A DNA stretch of 64,000 nucleotides from Arenicellales bacterium (GTDB lineage Bacteria > Pseudomonadota > Gammaproteobacteria > Arenicellales > Poriferihabitantaceae). This document shows, one piece after another, positions 11,031 through 19,932 of this stretch. Location of the stretch: contig JAPYNL010000033.1 in NCBI GenBank assembly GCA_028285795.1, forward strand, positions 6,447-70,446, written 5' to 3'. A program made the position numbers and the translations under genes. The notes beneath the pieces are model-generated. The model did no database searches. It was not told where the DNA came from and worked only from the letters and a program-made list of their open reading frames with translations. Within the stretch, counting starts at the first letter, position 1. Every line of letters starts with the position of its first letter.

Positions 11031-11235
11031 CCCAATCAAGATCTGTCGACAGGATGCTGCCTTCGATATTCGTTTTATGGCGCAGACTGCCAATCAATTC
11101 ACCATGCTGGCGACCGTAAGGGAGCAGGCACGCCACGGGCTTGCCACGCTTGGTGACAACCAGGCCATCTTCATCGAGACTGTCAAGCAATGCCAGGCAT
11201 TGCTCCTTGAACTTGGCTGCACCGATTGTTTTCAT
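11017..11235 (-). CDS. Phd/YefM-type antitoxin
   Basis: 72 aa. MKTIGAAKFKEQCLALLDSLDEDGLVVTKRGKPVA is the typical Phd/YefM N-terminal fold sequence. The gene lies directly upstream of, and overlaps, the PIN toxin. Confidence 0.75.
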   Translation of the reverse strand: MKTIGAAKFKEQCLALLDSLDEDGLVVTKRGKPVACLLPYGRQHGELIGSLRHKTNIEGSILSTDLDWDAES

Positions 11236-11252
11236 TACTCCACTCCAGAACT

Positions 11253-11294
11253 ATATGGACATATTATATGACTGGTCAGGATAAATGTCTATAT
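11253..11294 (-). promoter_or_regulatory. Putative toxin-antitoxin promoter with a flanking inverted repeat (candidate autoregulatory operator)
   Basis: On the minus strand, TAGACA (11286-11291), a 17-nt spacer, then TATAAT (11263-11268). The imperfect inverted repeat ATATGGACAT (11253-11262) / ATGTCTATAT (11285-11294) brackets the promoter. Confidence 0.45.
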
Positions 11295-11429
11295 TGAATA
11301 TTCCAGGCCATCCAGACTTATCTATTATCCAGGACATGTCATGGCAACAAAATGTAAAGCCCCGGAAGCAATTCCCTCACAAGAGGCAAAATGAGGAAGA
11401 TGATAACAGCCATGAGACACATGACTTTG

Positions 11430-12437
11430 TCAGCTCATGGCTTCACGAATACACCGGTCCAGCAATTTATGAAACTCTGGGTCGTTCTGTCCCGAAGCAA
11501 CACAATGCCCCCACGGAGATGAATAGCACTCATGCCGACCTCCCTTTATATGAATGATCTCCAGTTCGTTGTCTTCTGGCCTGAAATACAGGTCATCACT
11601 GCAGGAGACAATAATTGTTTTAGCCCTGATTGAGGCCAGTGCCTTCTCCAAATTCCCGTTGTAGAGATCGTTATCGCTGATATCGCCCCGTTGCCAGGTA
11701 TCCAGCTTGGCAAGAAGGTCATTGGCATCCCAATTCAGGTGATCTTGTTCCCAGTCCAGCAACAATGCCTCTGCTGAATCAAAATCCAGCACCTGATACA
11801 TCCCTTCCCGATAAAATGTCTGTGAATACGCCCATCCGGCATAAACCCGGCCAAACGCCTTGAGACCGGCTTCCGGAGGGCTTTGATAGTTTCCTCCATC
11901 AAACCCGGCATCGGCCTTGAGCGCAGCTTTGACACCCTCCAGAAACACCCAGTTATGCACCGATGTTTTTGCGGATGCACAATAGGGGACAATGGCCCTC
12001 ACCAGATCTGGATACTGGGCGGCCCACTGGTAGGATTGACAGCCGGCCATAGACCACCCTGTGACCAGGGCAATACTCTGAACCTCCAGATGCTCGGTCA
12101 GCAAGGCATGTTGCGCCCGGATATTGTCATACAGGGTTACCGCAGGAAAATGCGCTCCAGCAAATGGACTGTCCGCATTACTGGGGGACGTTGAAATGCC
12201 GTTACCGATTAGATTGATGGAGATGATGAAATGCCGGGCAGGATCAACTGCTCTGCCTCTCCCAAAATACCCTTCATTTCTGTGATGACTGCCGGTATAA
12301 AAAGTTGGCAATACGACCGCATTGTCCCGATCTTGGTTCAACCGCCCATAGGTCTTGTAGGCCAGCATCAAGCGAGGCAAAACAACCCCGCACTGAAGCT
12401 TGAAGTTATTGATAACGAATTCCGAGTGAATGCTCAT
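11430..12437 (-). CDS. Alpha/beta hydrolase, MetX (homoserine O-acetyltransferase)-like
   Basis: 335 aa. NAVVLPTFYTGSH, the nucleophile elbow GWSMAG and the overall layout resemble the MetX family. No metW is adjacent, so the true substrate is uncertain. Confidence 0.65.
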   Translation of the reverse strand: MSIHSEFVINNFKLQCGVVLPRLMLAYKTYGRLNQDRDNAVVLPTFYTGSHHRNEGYFGRGRAVDPARHFIISINLIGNGISTSPSNADSPFAGAHFPAVTLYDNIRAQHALLTEHLEVQSIALVTGWSMAGCQSYQWAAQYPDLVRAIVPYCASAKTSVHNWVFLEGVKAALKADAGFDGGNYQSPPEAGLKAFGRVYAGWAYSQTFYREGMYQVLDFDSAEALLLDWEQDHLNWDANDLLAKLDTWQRGDISDNDLYNGNLEKALASIRAKTIIVSCSDDLYFRPEDNELEIIHIKGGRHECYSSPWGHCVASGQNDPEFHKLLDRCIREAMS

Positions 12438-12628
12438 CGTCTAGCTTCGGGACTTATGGACCACAATGCACCAGTGTCCGGTTAACGAGATTAAATTGTC
12501 TTTTATCCGTTTGATAACGTTGAAATGACGGCTATATGGAAGTGTCCGAGACTTCAGCGGAAGCTGTTGCTTTCGAATCAACCGGCCATCAGCAAGAAGC
12601 AGGCTTGAAACAAAACAGACAGACCTTT

Positions 12629-13915
12629 TCAACGAATCACCGGCATGGCCCCTTGAGCAGTCTGTATTTCACTTTTGGAGTCATGTGGAAGCAGACGTTC
12701 GGCGTCCAAGGTCGGCTTCCCGATACTTTCAGATCGATTTTCCAGTGCCGTGAGGCTTTTCTTGTAGAGATCCAGTGCAGCTTCCGAATCACCCATCTGC
12801 TCGTAAGCGGAAGCCAATTCGAAAAATACCTCATTACTGGCATCCGGCTCCATGACTTTTTCATACCACGATATGGAAGTCTTGAGATTTTCCTCATAGC
12901 GGTAAAGCCGGGCAAGCGCCAGCATCAGTTCAGCATTATCTGGGCGAGTTTTCAGCAATTTCTGGATAAATTCGATCTGATAAGGGATAAACGGACTTTG
13001 TACCTGGCCATACAAGTCCACCAGTTTGGCATCGTATTGCCGATTGAGTGCCCGGCGCAGCAAGGTCTCGGCCTCCTTGCTCTCACCCTGTTGTATCAGA
13101 TGCCTGATCCAAGCTGAAAGAATCGCAGGGTTGCGTTTCTGCCTGGCCGGCATCGACGTCCAGTTGACTGGCATTTCCGAAACATCGGAATCCGTTCCTC
13201 CTGTGGTCAGCAGTCGACTCCAGGTCAATTGCTCGCATTTTTCGACCTCATCGGGGGGAAGCACCTTCAATTTCCTCATGATCGGCAATATTCCCTTCAG
13301 TGCCTGCCAGTCTCCAAGGGCCTGATAAACGTCAGCCAGCAGACGGAGCAAGGGCTTGTTTCTCGGGTTTTGCACTTTCTGGGTTTCCAGCACCTGTCGT
13401 GCCTCGACATACTCTCCGGCATGACAGTGAAAACGGGCCCGGGTGAGCTGAATCGATAAGCGGTGCTCAGGCTGGCTTTCGAGAGCCTGGTCAAGATACA
13501 TGTCCCGTCGTCGCAGACTGCCTTGCTGCAAGGCTGCATAGGCCGCGCCCAGATAGTGAATGAGCGGCATTCTGGAGCTTTCGACTTTCTTCAGCAAACG
13601 CCCTTCGGCTTGATCCCAGTGCCCTTCTATGAGGCCCGTGAATCCTTGCATGCAAGCCTTGTGGGCAGCGTCCTCATCCATTTTCCTTTTCAGTTTCCCA
13701 ACCTTTTTTGGGGCCCGAATGATATTCATGAACAGGTTCAGAAACAGATATAGAACAATAAATGCCATAAACAGAATCAACACCAGAACCAGAAGCGGCA
13801 TGCGTATTTCATACGGGTCCCGAAACAGGACCACATAGCCAGGATCTTCGAGTGCCAGTAATCCAAGCCCGACAGAGGCAATCAGGATAACCAGGCAAAG
13901 AATAACCAGTTTCAC
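12629..13915 (-). CDS. hemY: HemY-family TPR membrane protein
   Basis: 428 aa with two N-terminal TM helices followed by TPR-like repeats. It is the last gene of hemC-hemD-hemX-hemY. Confidence 0.8.
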   Translation of the reverse strand: MKLVILCLVILIASVGLGLLALEDPGYVVLFRDPYEIRMPLLVLVLILFMAFIVLYLFLNLFMNIIRAPKKVGKLKRKMDEDAAHKACMQGFTGLIEGHWDQAEGRLLKKVESSRMPLIHYLGAAYAALQQGSLRRRDMYLDQALESQPEHRLSIQLTRARFHCHAGEYVEARQVLETQKVQNPRNKPLLRLLADVYQALGDWQALKGILPIMRKLKVLPPDEVEKCEQLTWSRLLTTGGTDSDVSEMPVNWTSMPARQKRNPAILSAWIRHLIQQGESKEAETLLRRALNRQYDAKLVDLYGQVQSPFIPYQIEFIQKLLKTRPDNAELMLALARLYRYEENLKTSISWYEKVMEPDASNEVFFELASAYEQMGDSEAALDLYKKSLTALENRSESIGKPTLDAERLLPHDSKSEIQTAQGAMPVIR

Positions 13916-13931
13916 GGCAATTGATCCGAAA

Positions 13932-15434
13932 TCAACTTTCCATCACAGCTTGCAGGACGGCGATTGACTTTGACAAGTCACCGGGAGGGTCTTCTGGCAG
14001 CTGCTCGAGAATATCATCAAGCATGCCAACCCATTCAATGGTGATGCCTGAGTCCGTGTCAAAGTGTTCAAAAACCCAGCTTCGCAAAATGCTCAAACGC
14101 TCTGCAACGAGGACAGGCTGCTGACGAATCAGTGCAGATTCCGCAGACTCTATGGATAAATGGGTTCGCTCATAAATCAGCTGCCTGATTTCTCCTGACA
14201 TCAATGGACGAACCGGCCGGTTGTTTTTTTCGACCTGTATGAGGTCGGCAAAACTGTTGAGGAATCGCGCTCCGGCATCAACCAGTGGTTGAAAGACTCC
14301 TTCCGACTGCTGGTCTGTACCCGGACCCGTTATTTTCGGACTTCCTGCTTCGGTGCCGATGCTGGACTCGGAAGTTGCCAGATCACCGAGCACGGGAAGA
14401 TAGGGCACGCGATCATTCAAGACCCTCAACTTTTCCAGCAAGGACAATGACTCGACCGAAGCACTGCTTTTCAAGGTCTGGATATCCTGAGCCAGAAGTC
14501 TTCTGACTTCAGAGTAGTCCGGATTACCCAACGCATGCAAGCGGGTAAATGCTATTTCAAGTGCATCCAGTGCAAGATGATTTTCCCCGGTAAAACGAAG
14601 TTGATAGTCGGCAACCAGCAAAAGGTGTTCAATTTCCTTCAAAGTCCAGCTTTCCACCCCTCCCTGAAAATAGGTTTCGGTCCGGGCTACTTCCCGGGAA
14701 AGCGATTTCAGTTCTTCCTCAAGCGCCTCAATTTGACCCAACAATTCCTCCAGAGACTCTGCACTCAGTTGTCGTATCGAGTCTTCCTGATCAGCGATTT
14801 GCCGCCTCAACTCTCCCAGTCTTTCCCGATTGGCAGCCTCCAGTTCTGCTGAACTCAACCTGAGATCGGTGACACTGGTTTCAAGTGTTGATTGAATTTC
14901 CAGAATGGCTTCGGCTCTTTGCTGGAGGAATTCAATCTGATCATGCTGCCTCATTCGCTCAAGCCTCGAATCGAACTGCGTGATATAAACCGCATAACCT
15001 GCCGCAAGCATTGAAAGCACCCCAACCACTAGTGCAGTCGAAGACAGGATGGTTGTCCATACATGGCGGCCATTCATGTGGCCGTTGCCAGCAGTTGAGT
15101 CTCTGACCGGGTCCGGCGCAGACAGTTTTTGCGGTTCTGGGATGGGTGCAGCTGTTGGGGACACGGGTTGCTTCTCATCATTAGCCACTTTGGGGGATGC
15201 ACTTGTTCTGGAATCATCAGTGTCTGTCTTCCCGGCTTCGACTGCCTTGTCAATCGGGGCCGGTTTCTTCGATGCAGGCTTGGTCCTGGCACCTGTCGGT
15301 ACAGATGCGGCACTCGAATCGGCAGATGCCCTGGTTGCGGATCGAATTGTCGTACTGGTCGATCTCTTCCGGGCCGGGGATTTTCCTTTTTGGGTCGCGG
15401 GTTTTTTGCCACCCGTGTTGCGGCTCACAGTCAT
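13932..15434 (-). CDS. hemX: HemX-family membrane protein (often annotated as uroporphyrinogen-III C-methyltransferase)
   Basis: 500 aa with a single TM (ILSSTALVVGVLSMLAAGYAVYI) followed by a coiled-coil region. It sits between hemD and hemY. About 115 aa at the N-terminus are basic and Ser/Thr/Ala/Pro-rich low complexity. Confidence 0.75.
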   Translation of the reverse strand: MTVSRNTGGKKPATQKGKSPARKRSTSTTIRSATRASADSSAASVPTGARTKPASKKPAPIDKAVEAGKTDTDDSRTSASPKVANDEKQPVSPTAAPIPEPQKLSAPDPVRDSTAGNGHMNGRHVWTTILSSTALVVGVLSMLAAGYAVYITQFDSRLERMRQHDQIEFLQQRAEAILEIQSTLETSVTDLRLSSAELEAANRERLGELRRQIADQEDSIRQLSAESLEELLGQIEALEEELKSLSREVARTETYFQGGVESWTLKEIEHLLLVADYQLRFTGENHLALDALEIAFTRLHALGNPDYSEVRRLLAQDIQTLKSSASVESLSLLEKLRVLNDRVPYLPVLGDLATSESSIGTEAGSPKITGPGTDQQSEGVFQPLVDAGARFLNSFADLIQVEKNNRPVRPLMSGEIRQLIYERTHLSIESAESALIRQQPVLVAERLSILRSWVFEHFDTDSGITIEWVGMLDDILEQLPEDPPGDLSKSIAVLQAVMES

Positions 15435-15533
15435 GTTGGAGTCTGTATGGTTGGATGCATTGTCGGATTACGTATCCCTGTCATGCATGCTGTCGATTTT
15501 TCGATTCTACCAGACAATTTGCGGACTCGGCGA

Positions 15534-16313
15534 TCAAGCCTGAGCGAACTGCGTGAGGCTCGCACAAACCGAAGCAGTTCCGGGACTGCAAACGCTTACA
15601 TTGTGAACCCTGTTTTGTCTGCAGTATCCGGCAATTCTTGGGCTAATCACAAGCGCACGAGTGGTCTCAATGAGATGCCTATGTTGAGCACCGAGCAATT
15701 CAAGCAGTGCATCAAGGATGTTGTGGCTGGTAATGATCACCGCGTCAAACCCCCTCGATCTCCACACCTGAATCACCTCATCAAATGGTCGGCGGGTAAT
15801 CCGTCTGCGATAACTCATTACGGGCAAGACAGTAGCGCCCGCATTTTCAAGGCCTTCAGTCAGTTTTTCCCGGCCTTCCTGCCCGCGAAATATCGCTACA
15901 TGTTTTCCAGATAGTTCAACATGCTTCAGTGAGTCAAGCAATCCCTCCGAGGTGAAGTCGCTCTCGGGCTCGATGTCGACATGAATCCCGAAGTCCCTTA
16001 ACACCTGACTGGTAACCGGCCCGACACTGCAAATTCGAGTTGACCGGGGCCAATTCAGGCCCAGATCTTCCATGCGCGCCAATACGGATCTTGCTGCCGC
16101 CACACTGACCATGATCACCATCATGAATTTTTCAAGATCGCTCAAAGCCTGATCCAGTTGTTCATGGCTATCAGGCGGTACCGTCTCAACTACCGGGAAG
16201 TGCACTGCTTCAGCCCCTAGCCGTCGAATCTCCTCAACCAGTTTATCGCCCTGGGGACTGGGTCTTGGAACCAGAATACGAAGTCCAGAGAGTTGTCCGG
16301 AATCAGCCATCAT
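15534..16313 (-). CDS. hemD: Uroporphyrinogen-III synthase
   Basis: LSGLRILVPRPSPQGDKLVEEIRRLGAEAVHFPV is a typical HemD N-terminus. I chose the internal Met pair, which overlaps the hemC stop by about 10 nt. The tracked ORF extends to 16349. Confidence 0.85.
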   Translation of the reverse strand: MMADSGQLSGLRILVPRPSPQGDKLVEEIRRLGAEAVHFPVVETVPPDSHEQLDQALSDLEKFMMVIMVSVAAARSVLARMEDLGLNWPRSTRICSVGPVTSQVLRDFGIHVDIEPESDFTSEGLLDSLKHVELSGKHVAIFRGQEGREKLTEGLENAGATVLPVMSYRRRITRRPFDEVIQVWRSRGFDAVIITSHNILDALLELLGAQHRHLIETTRALVISPRIAGYCRQNRVHNVSVCSPGTASVCASLTQFAQA

Positions 16314-17244
16314 TGAATCGCCTGAGAATTTTCTCTGCCCCTTGCTCAATCAGATCTTCTGCAACCTCCTCTGCCAACGCACTGTCTGACCGATACGGAC
16401 CAATAAGATCGGACTTCAGAAGCCTTGATCCATCCAGTTCTCCCACGACTGCCCTTAACCTGAGCTTCGACTGTTCCTGATCAGTCCAGTGTTCGGCAAA
16501 CACCGCCACTGGTGCGTGACACCCGCCGTTCAGGATTGCATTGACCTTGCGCTCCATGCAAACAAGAATTGCACTGTGCGGATCATTGATGGGCGCAATT
16601 AAGTCTCGGGTTCTGGCATCATCAGCTCGACACTCGATACCGATCACGCCCTGTCCAACTGCCGGCAGGCAGATATCGGGACTGATCACCTGGCGAATGC
16701 GTCCTTCCATGCCCAGCCGTTTGAGTCCTGCTGCTGCAAGAATAACTGCATCATGCTGGCCAGAATCGAGTTTAGACAGTCGTGTCTGAATATTCCCGCG
16801 TAAACTGGAGAACTCAAGATGAGGGTATGCGGCCTTCAATTGAGCGGTACGCCTTAGACTGCAAGTGCCGATATTGCTACCCTCTGGCATGTCCTCCAGG
16901 GATGCATGCCTGTTGGATACCAATGCATCTCGGGGATCTTCCCTGGAACAAACCACCGGGATAGCCAGACCATCCGGAATATTGACCGTCACATCCTTCA
17001 TGGAATGTACAGCCACGTCAGCTACGCCCTCCAGCAATGCCATCTCCAGTTCCTTCAGAAACAAGCCCTTGCCCCCAACCTGATGAAGCGGAATGTCCAG
17101 GGTTCGATCTCCCTCCGAGACAACCTTATGTATTTCAACCGAAATTTCTGGCTGCAAATGCTGAATGGCCTCTTTAACATGATTTGCCTGCCAGAGTGCC
17201 AGAACGCTTTGTCGAGTGCAAATTCGTATCGGCTGCATGGTCAA
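16303..17244 (-). CDS. hemC: Hydroxymethylbilane synthase (porphobilinogen deaminase)
   Basis: 313 aa. IRICTRQSVLALWQANHV...GDR...GGKGLFLKELE...SLRGNIQTRLSKL are HemC signatures. Confidence 0.95.
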   Translation of the reverse strand: MTMQPIRICTRQSVLALWQANHVKEAIQHLQPEISVEIHKVVSEGDRTLDIPLHQVGGKGLFLKELEMALLEGVADVAVHSMKDVTVNIPDGLAIPVVCSREDPRDALVSNRHASLEDMPEGSNIGTCSLRRTAQLKAAYPHLEFSSLRGNIQTRLSKLDSGQHDAVILAAAGLKRLGMEGRIRQVISPDICLPAVGQGVIGIECRADDARTRDLIAPINDPHSAILVCMERKVNAILNGGCHAPVAVFAEHWTDQEQSKLRLRAVVGELDGSRLLKSDLIGPYRSDSALAEEVAEDLIEQGAEKILRRFNDG

Positions 17245-17341
17245 ACAATGCTCCAGACTGCACGGCGGTTAAATGGACTGGCGCTATCCACCGGAACTCG
17301 TTGCCTGGAGCGATGTTGGGCCCGGGCTATCCAGTGATCGA

Positions 17342-18043
17342 TCAATTGCCTTTGGACACCTTGAGTCGCAATGGCTTGATTCCCTCCTCTTTCAGAATCC
17401 TGTCTGCATTCTGCATTTCCTCATAAACGGAGAAAGGCCCCAATCGAACTCGATAGAAATCACCCCTATTCTGAATCGTGACTTTCTGAATATTGGACGT
17501 TAAGCCGGAAAGTGCCAAACGTGCCCGCAATTGCTCGGCATCTGACTCCCTCTTGAATGAGGCAGCCTGAAGAATGAAGTGGGCATCGCTGGAGGAAACC
17601 GGCTCAACCGGCTCTGATAACGGTGCTGAAGTCGCCGAGTCCGGATTGACGATAGCCAGTTCCGCTTTCGGCTTTTCTGTCGCGCTGCTTTCCTGTCCCT
17701 GATTCACCGAGGTCGGTGGCTTTGCTGCGATTTCACGATAGTCCTCGGGGATCAGCACTTCAACCTCCGGCAATACGGTATAAAAATCGTAGATGTTGGG
17801 CTGTCCACCCGAACCTGAATCTCCATTGGTAGACAGCTCCTGACTACTGGAGGCCTCGTCCTGCCTGGATTGATCCATCAGCCCGCGAATTCCCTTGCCA
17901 AAATCCGATTTCGGAACACCAACCTGCAACACCACCATCGTCAGCGCACCAACACTGACCCCAATTGCAAATGAAATCAGGGTGTGTGACATACGATTGC
18001 CCGATACCGCACGGCGTGCTGATTTTTTCCTGCCCTTTACCAT
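17342..18043 (-). CDS. SPOR-domain protein (FtsN/DedD-like)
   Basis: Basic N-terminus, a single TM, a low-complexity linker and a C-terminal SPOR domain (FILQAASFKRESDAEQLRARL...YRVRLGPF). I chose the internal Met (MVKGRKK). The tracked ORF overlaps argS. Confidence 0.75.
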   Translation of the reverse strand: MVKGRKKSARRAVSGNRMSHTLISFAIGVSVGALTMVVLQVGVPKSDFGKGIRGLMDQSRQDEASSSQELSTNGDSGSGGQPNIYDFYTVLPEVEVLIPEDYREIAAKPPTSVNQGQESSATEKPKAELAIVNPDSATSAPLSEPVEPVSSSDAHFILQAASFKRESDAEQLRARLALSGLTSNIQKVTIQNRGDFYRVRLGPFSVYEEMQNADRILKEEGIKPLRLKVSKGN

Positions 18044-18059
18044 GTCGCTGGCTGTAGAG

Positions 18060-19796
18060 TCACATGCTTGCCGGGGCAGAAACCCCGAGAATGCCCAGTC
18101 CGTTCGCAATGACCACTCGAACTGCATCAATCAAGCCGAGCCTTGCCAGACGCAATTCATCCTCGCTCGACAAAAACGGATGCTCATTGTAGTAGGCATG
18201 AAACAGCTGGGCCAGATTTCGCAAGTAATACGCCACCTGGTGCGGGGCGCGATTCTTTGCCGCATTAATCACCGTATCCGGGAACTGTGAGAGGGTTTTC
18301 AATAGCTCTATCTCCTGTTTTTCATTCAGTAGATGATAGTCAGGCAATCGGTTCTCCGGGGTTTCCATTCCTCTATCCCTTACCTGTTGAAAAACGCTTG
18401 ATATTCGCGCATGGGCGTACTGAATGTAGTAGACCGGGTTTTCCGAACTTTCCGATTTTGCCAGATCGAGATCAAAGTCCATGTGCTGATCAGAACGCCT
18501 GAGCACGTAGAAAAACCGGGCCGCATCATTGCCTACTTCCTCTCTCAGCTCACGGAGCGAAACAAACTCTCCATCCCGGGTCGACATGGAGACTTTCCGG
18601 GAATCTCGATACAGGACCGCAAACTGCACCATCAAAAACTCCAGTCGATCAGCCGAATTTCCCAAGGCCCGGAACGATGCTTCTATACGCTTGGTATATC
18701 CATGATGGTCTGCACCGAATATATTGATGATTTGATCATAGTTTCGCTCTGCCTTGTTGAAATGATACGCAATATCTGAAGCAAAGTAGGTTTTGCTGCC
18801 GTTGGCCCTGACCACCACGCGATCCTTGTCATCCTCGAAATCGGTAGAACGAAACCAGGTGGCATCATTTTTGACGTAAAGGTAGCCGTTTTCCTCGAGA
18901 TGCGCCAGCGAGGCATCAATATCCCCATTATGGACGAGCTGGCTTTCGGGAAACCACCGGTCAAAAACCACTCCGAATTCTGCAAGGTCCTGCTTGATGT
19001 CCTGTACTATCGATTGACTGGCCATATCAAACAGGATCTGATAGTCATTGCCCAGTCCGGTCTTGGCCCGCTTGATCAACTCATCAATATTTTCTTCATC
19101 GTCTTCCGGCAAGCCCTGAAACAATGCTTCAGCCTGTACTGCAAATCTCCTGTCATGTCTCTCAAGGAGTTGTTTCGAGATAATTCGAATGTAATCGCCC
19201 TGATATCCCCGGTTCGGGAACTTGTCGACAAGGCCAAGCTGTTCGAGATAGCGAATCCATATACTCAAGGCAAGGATGTCCATCTGGCGCCCGGCATCAT
19301 TCACATAGTATTCCTTCTCGACGTCATACCCTGCATACGACAGGATTCTGGCCAGGGCATCGCCATAGGCGGCACCGCGCCCATGACCGACATGCAAGGG
19401 TCCTGTTGGATTGCTTGAGACAAACTCCAGCAAAACTTTCAGGCCATTCTCAAGCCGGGACCTGCCGTAATCGGGGCCTGCAATTCGAATCTCGTCTATC
19501 AGTCCAAGATAAGCCTCGGAATGCACGTAAAAATTAATGAATCCGGGTCCTGCAATCTCGCAACGATCGAGAATTTCACGATCGGTTATGAGCTCGACAA
19601 TGACCTGGGCACATTCCCTCGGTGAAATGCCCTCTCGCGAGGCCAGCTGCATCGCGATGTTGGTTGTGAAGTCACCGTGTGCTCCACTGCGCGGCCTGTC
19701 AATGACGATGTCATCGGGGAAAACCGTGAGATACCTTCCCTGTTGCTGCAAATTTGCAAGTGCCTGAGAGACAAGCCCCCGTACTTTTTCCTTCAT
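18060..19796 (-). CDS. argS: Arginine--tRNA ligase
   Basis: 578 aa with the class I HIGH-type motif (SSNPTGPLHVGHGR) and an ArgS anticodon-binding C-terminus. Confidence 0.95.
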   Translation of the reverse strand: MKEKVRGLVSQALANLQQQGRYLTVFPDDIVIDRPRSGAHGDFTTNIAMQLASREGISPRECAQVIVELITDREILDRCEIAGPGFINFYVHSEAYLGLIDEIRIAGPDYGRSRLENGLKVLLEFVSSNPTGPLHVGHGRGAAYGDALARILSYAGYDVEKEYYVNDAGRQMDILALSIWIRYLEQLGLVDKFPNRGYQGDYIRIISKQLLERHDRRFAVQAEALFQGLPEDDEENIDELIKRAKTGLGNDYQILFDMASQSIVQDIKQDLAEFGVVFDRWFPESQLVHNGDIDASLAHLEENGYLYVKNDATWFRSTDFEDDKDRVVVRANGSKTYFASDIAYHFNKAERNYDQIINIFGADHHGYTKRIEASFRALGNSADRLEFLMVQFAVLYRDSRKVSMSTRDGEFVSLRELREEVGNDAARFFYVLRRSDQHMDFDLDLAKSESSENPVYYIQYAHARISSVFQQVRDRGMETPENRLPDYHLLNEKQEIELLKTLSQFPDTVINAAKNRAPHQVAYYLRNLAQLFHAYYNEHPFLSSEDELRLARLGLIDAVRVVIANGLGILGVSAPASM

Positions 19797-19932
19797 GAAT
19801 GCGACCTAATCATGCCGTCTGAGAATGTCAATCGGCGATTGTATTCGGATGAAACAACGAATCGGAAGCGAAACGCATCGTCTTTCAGGTTGTATTACCC
19901 TGGTCCCGTTCAATGCTCAAGCCATGCCCTGA

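Noticed and set aside
12441-12632. A 63-aa ORF in the spacer between hemY and the MetX-like gene. Similar short intergenic ORFs occur at 10475-10672, 62479-62670 and 33833-34096.
   Set aside because: None has an SD or recognisable motifs, and their composition is atypical of proteins. I treat them as chance ORFs.
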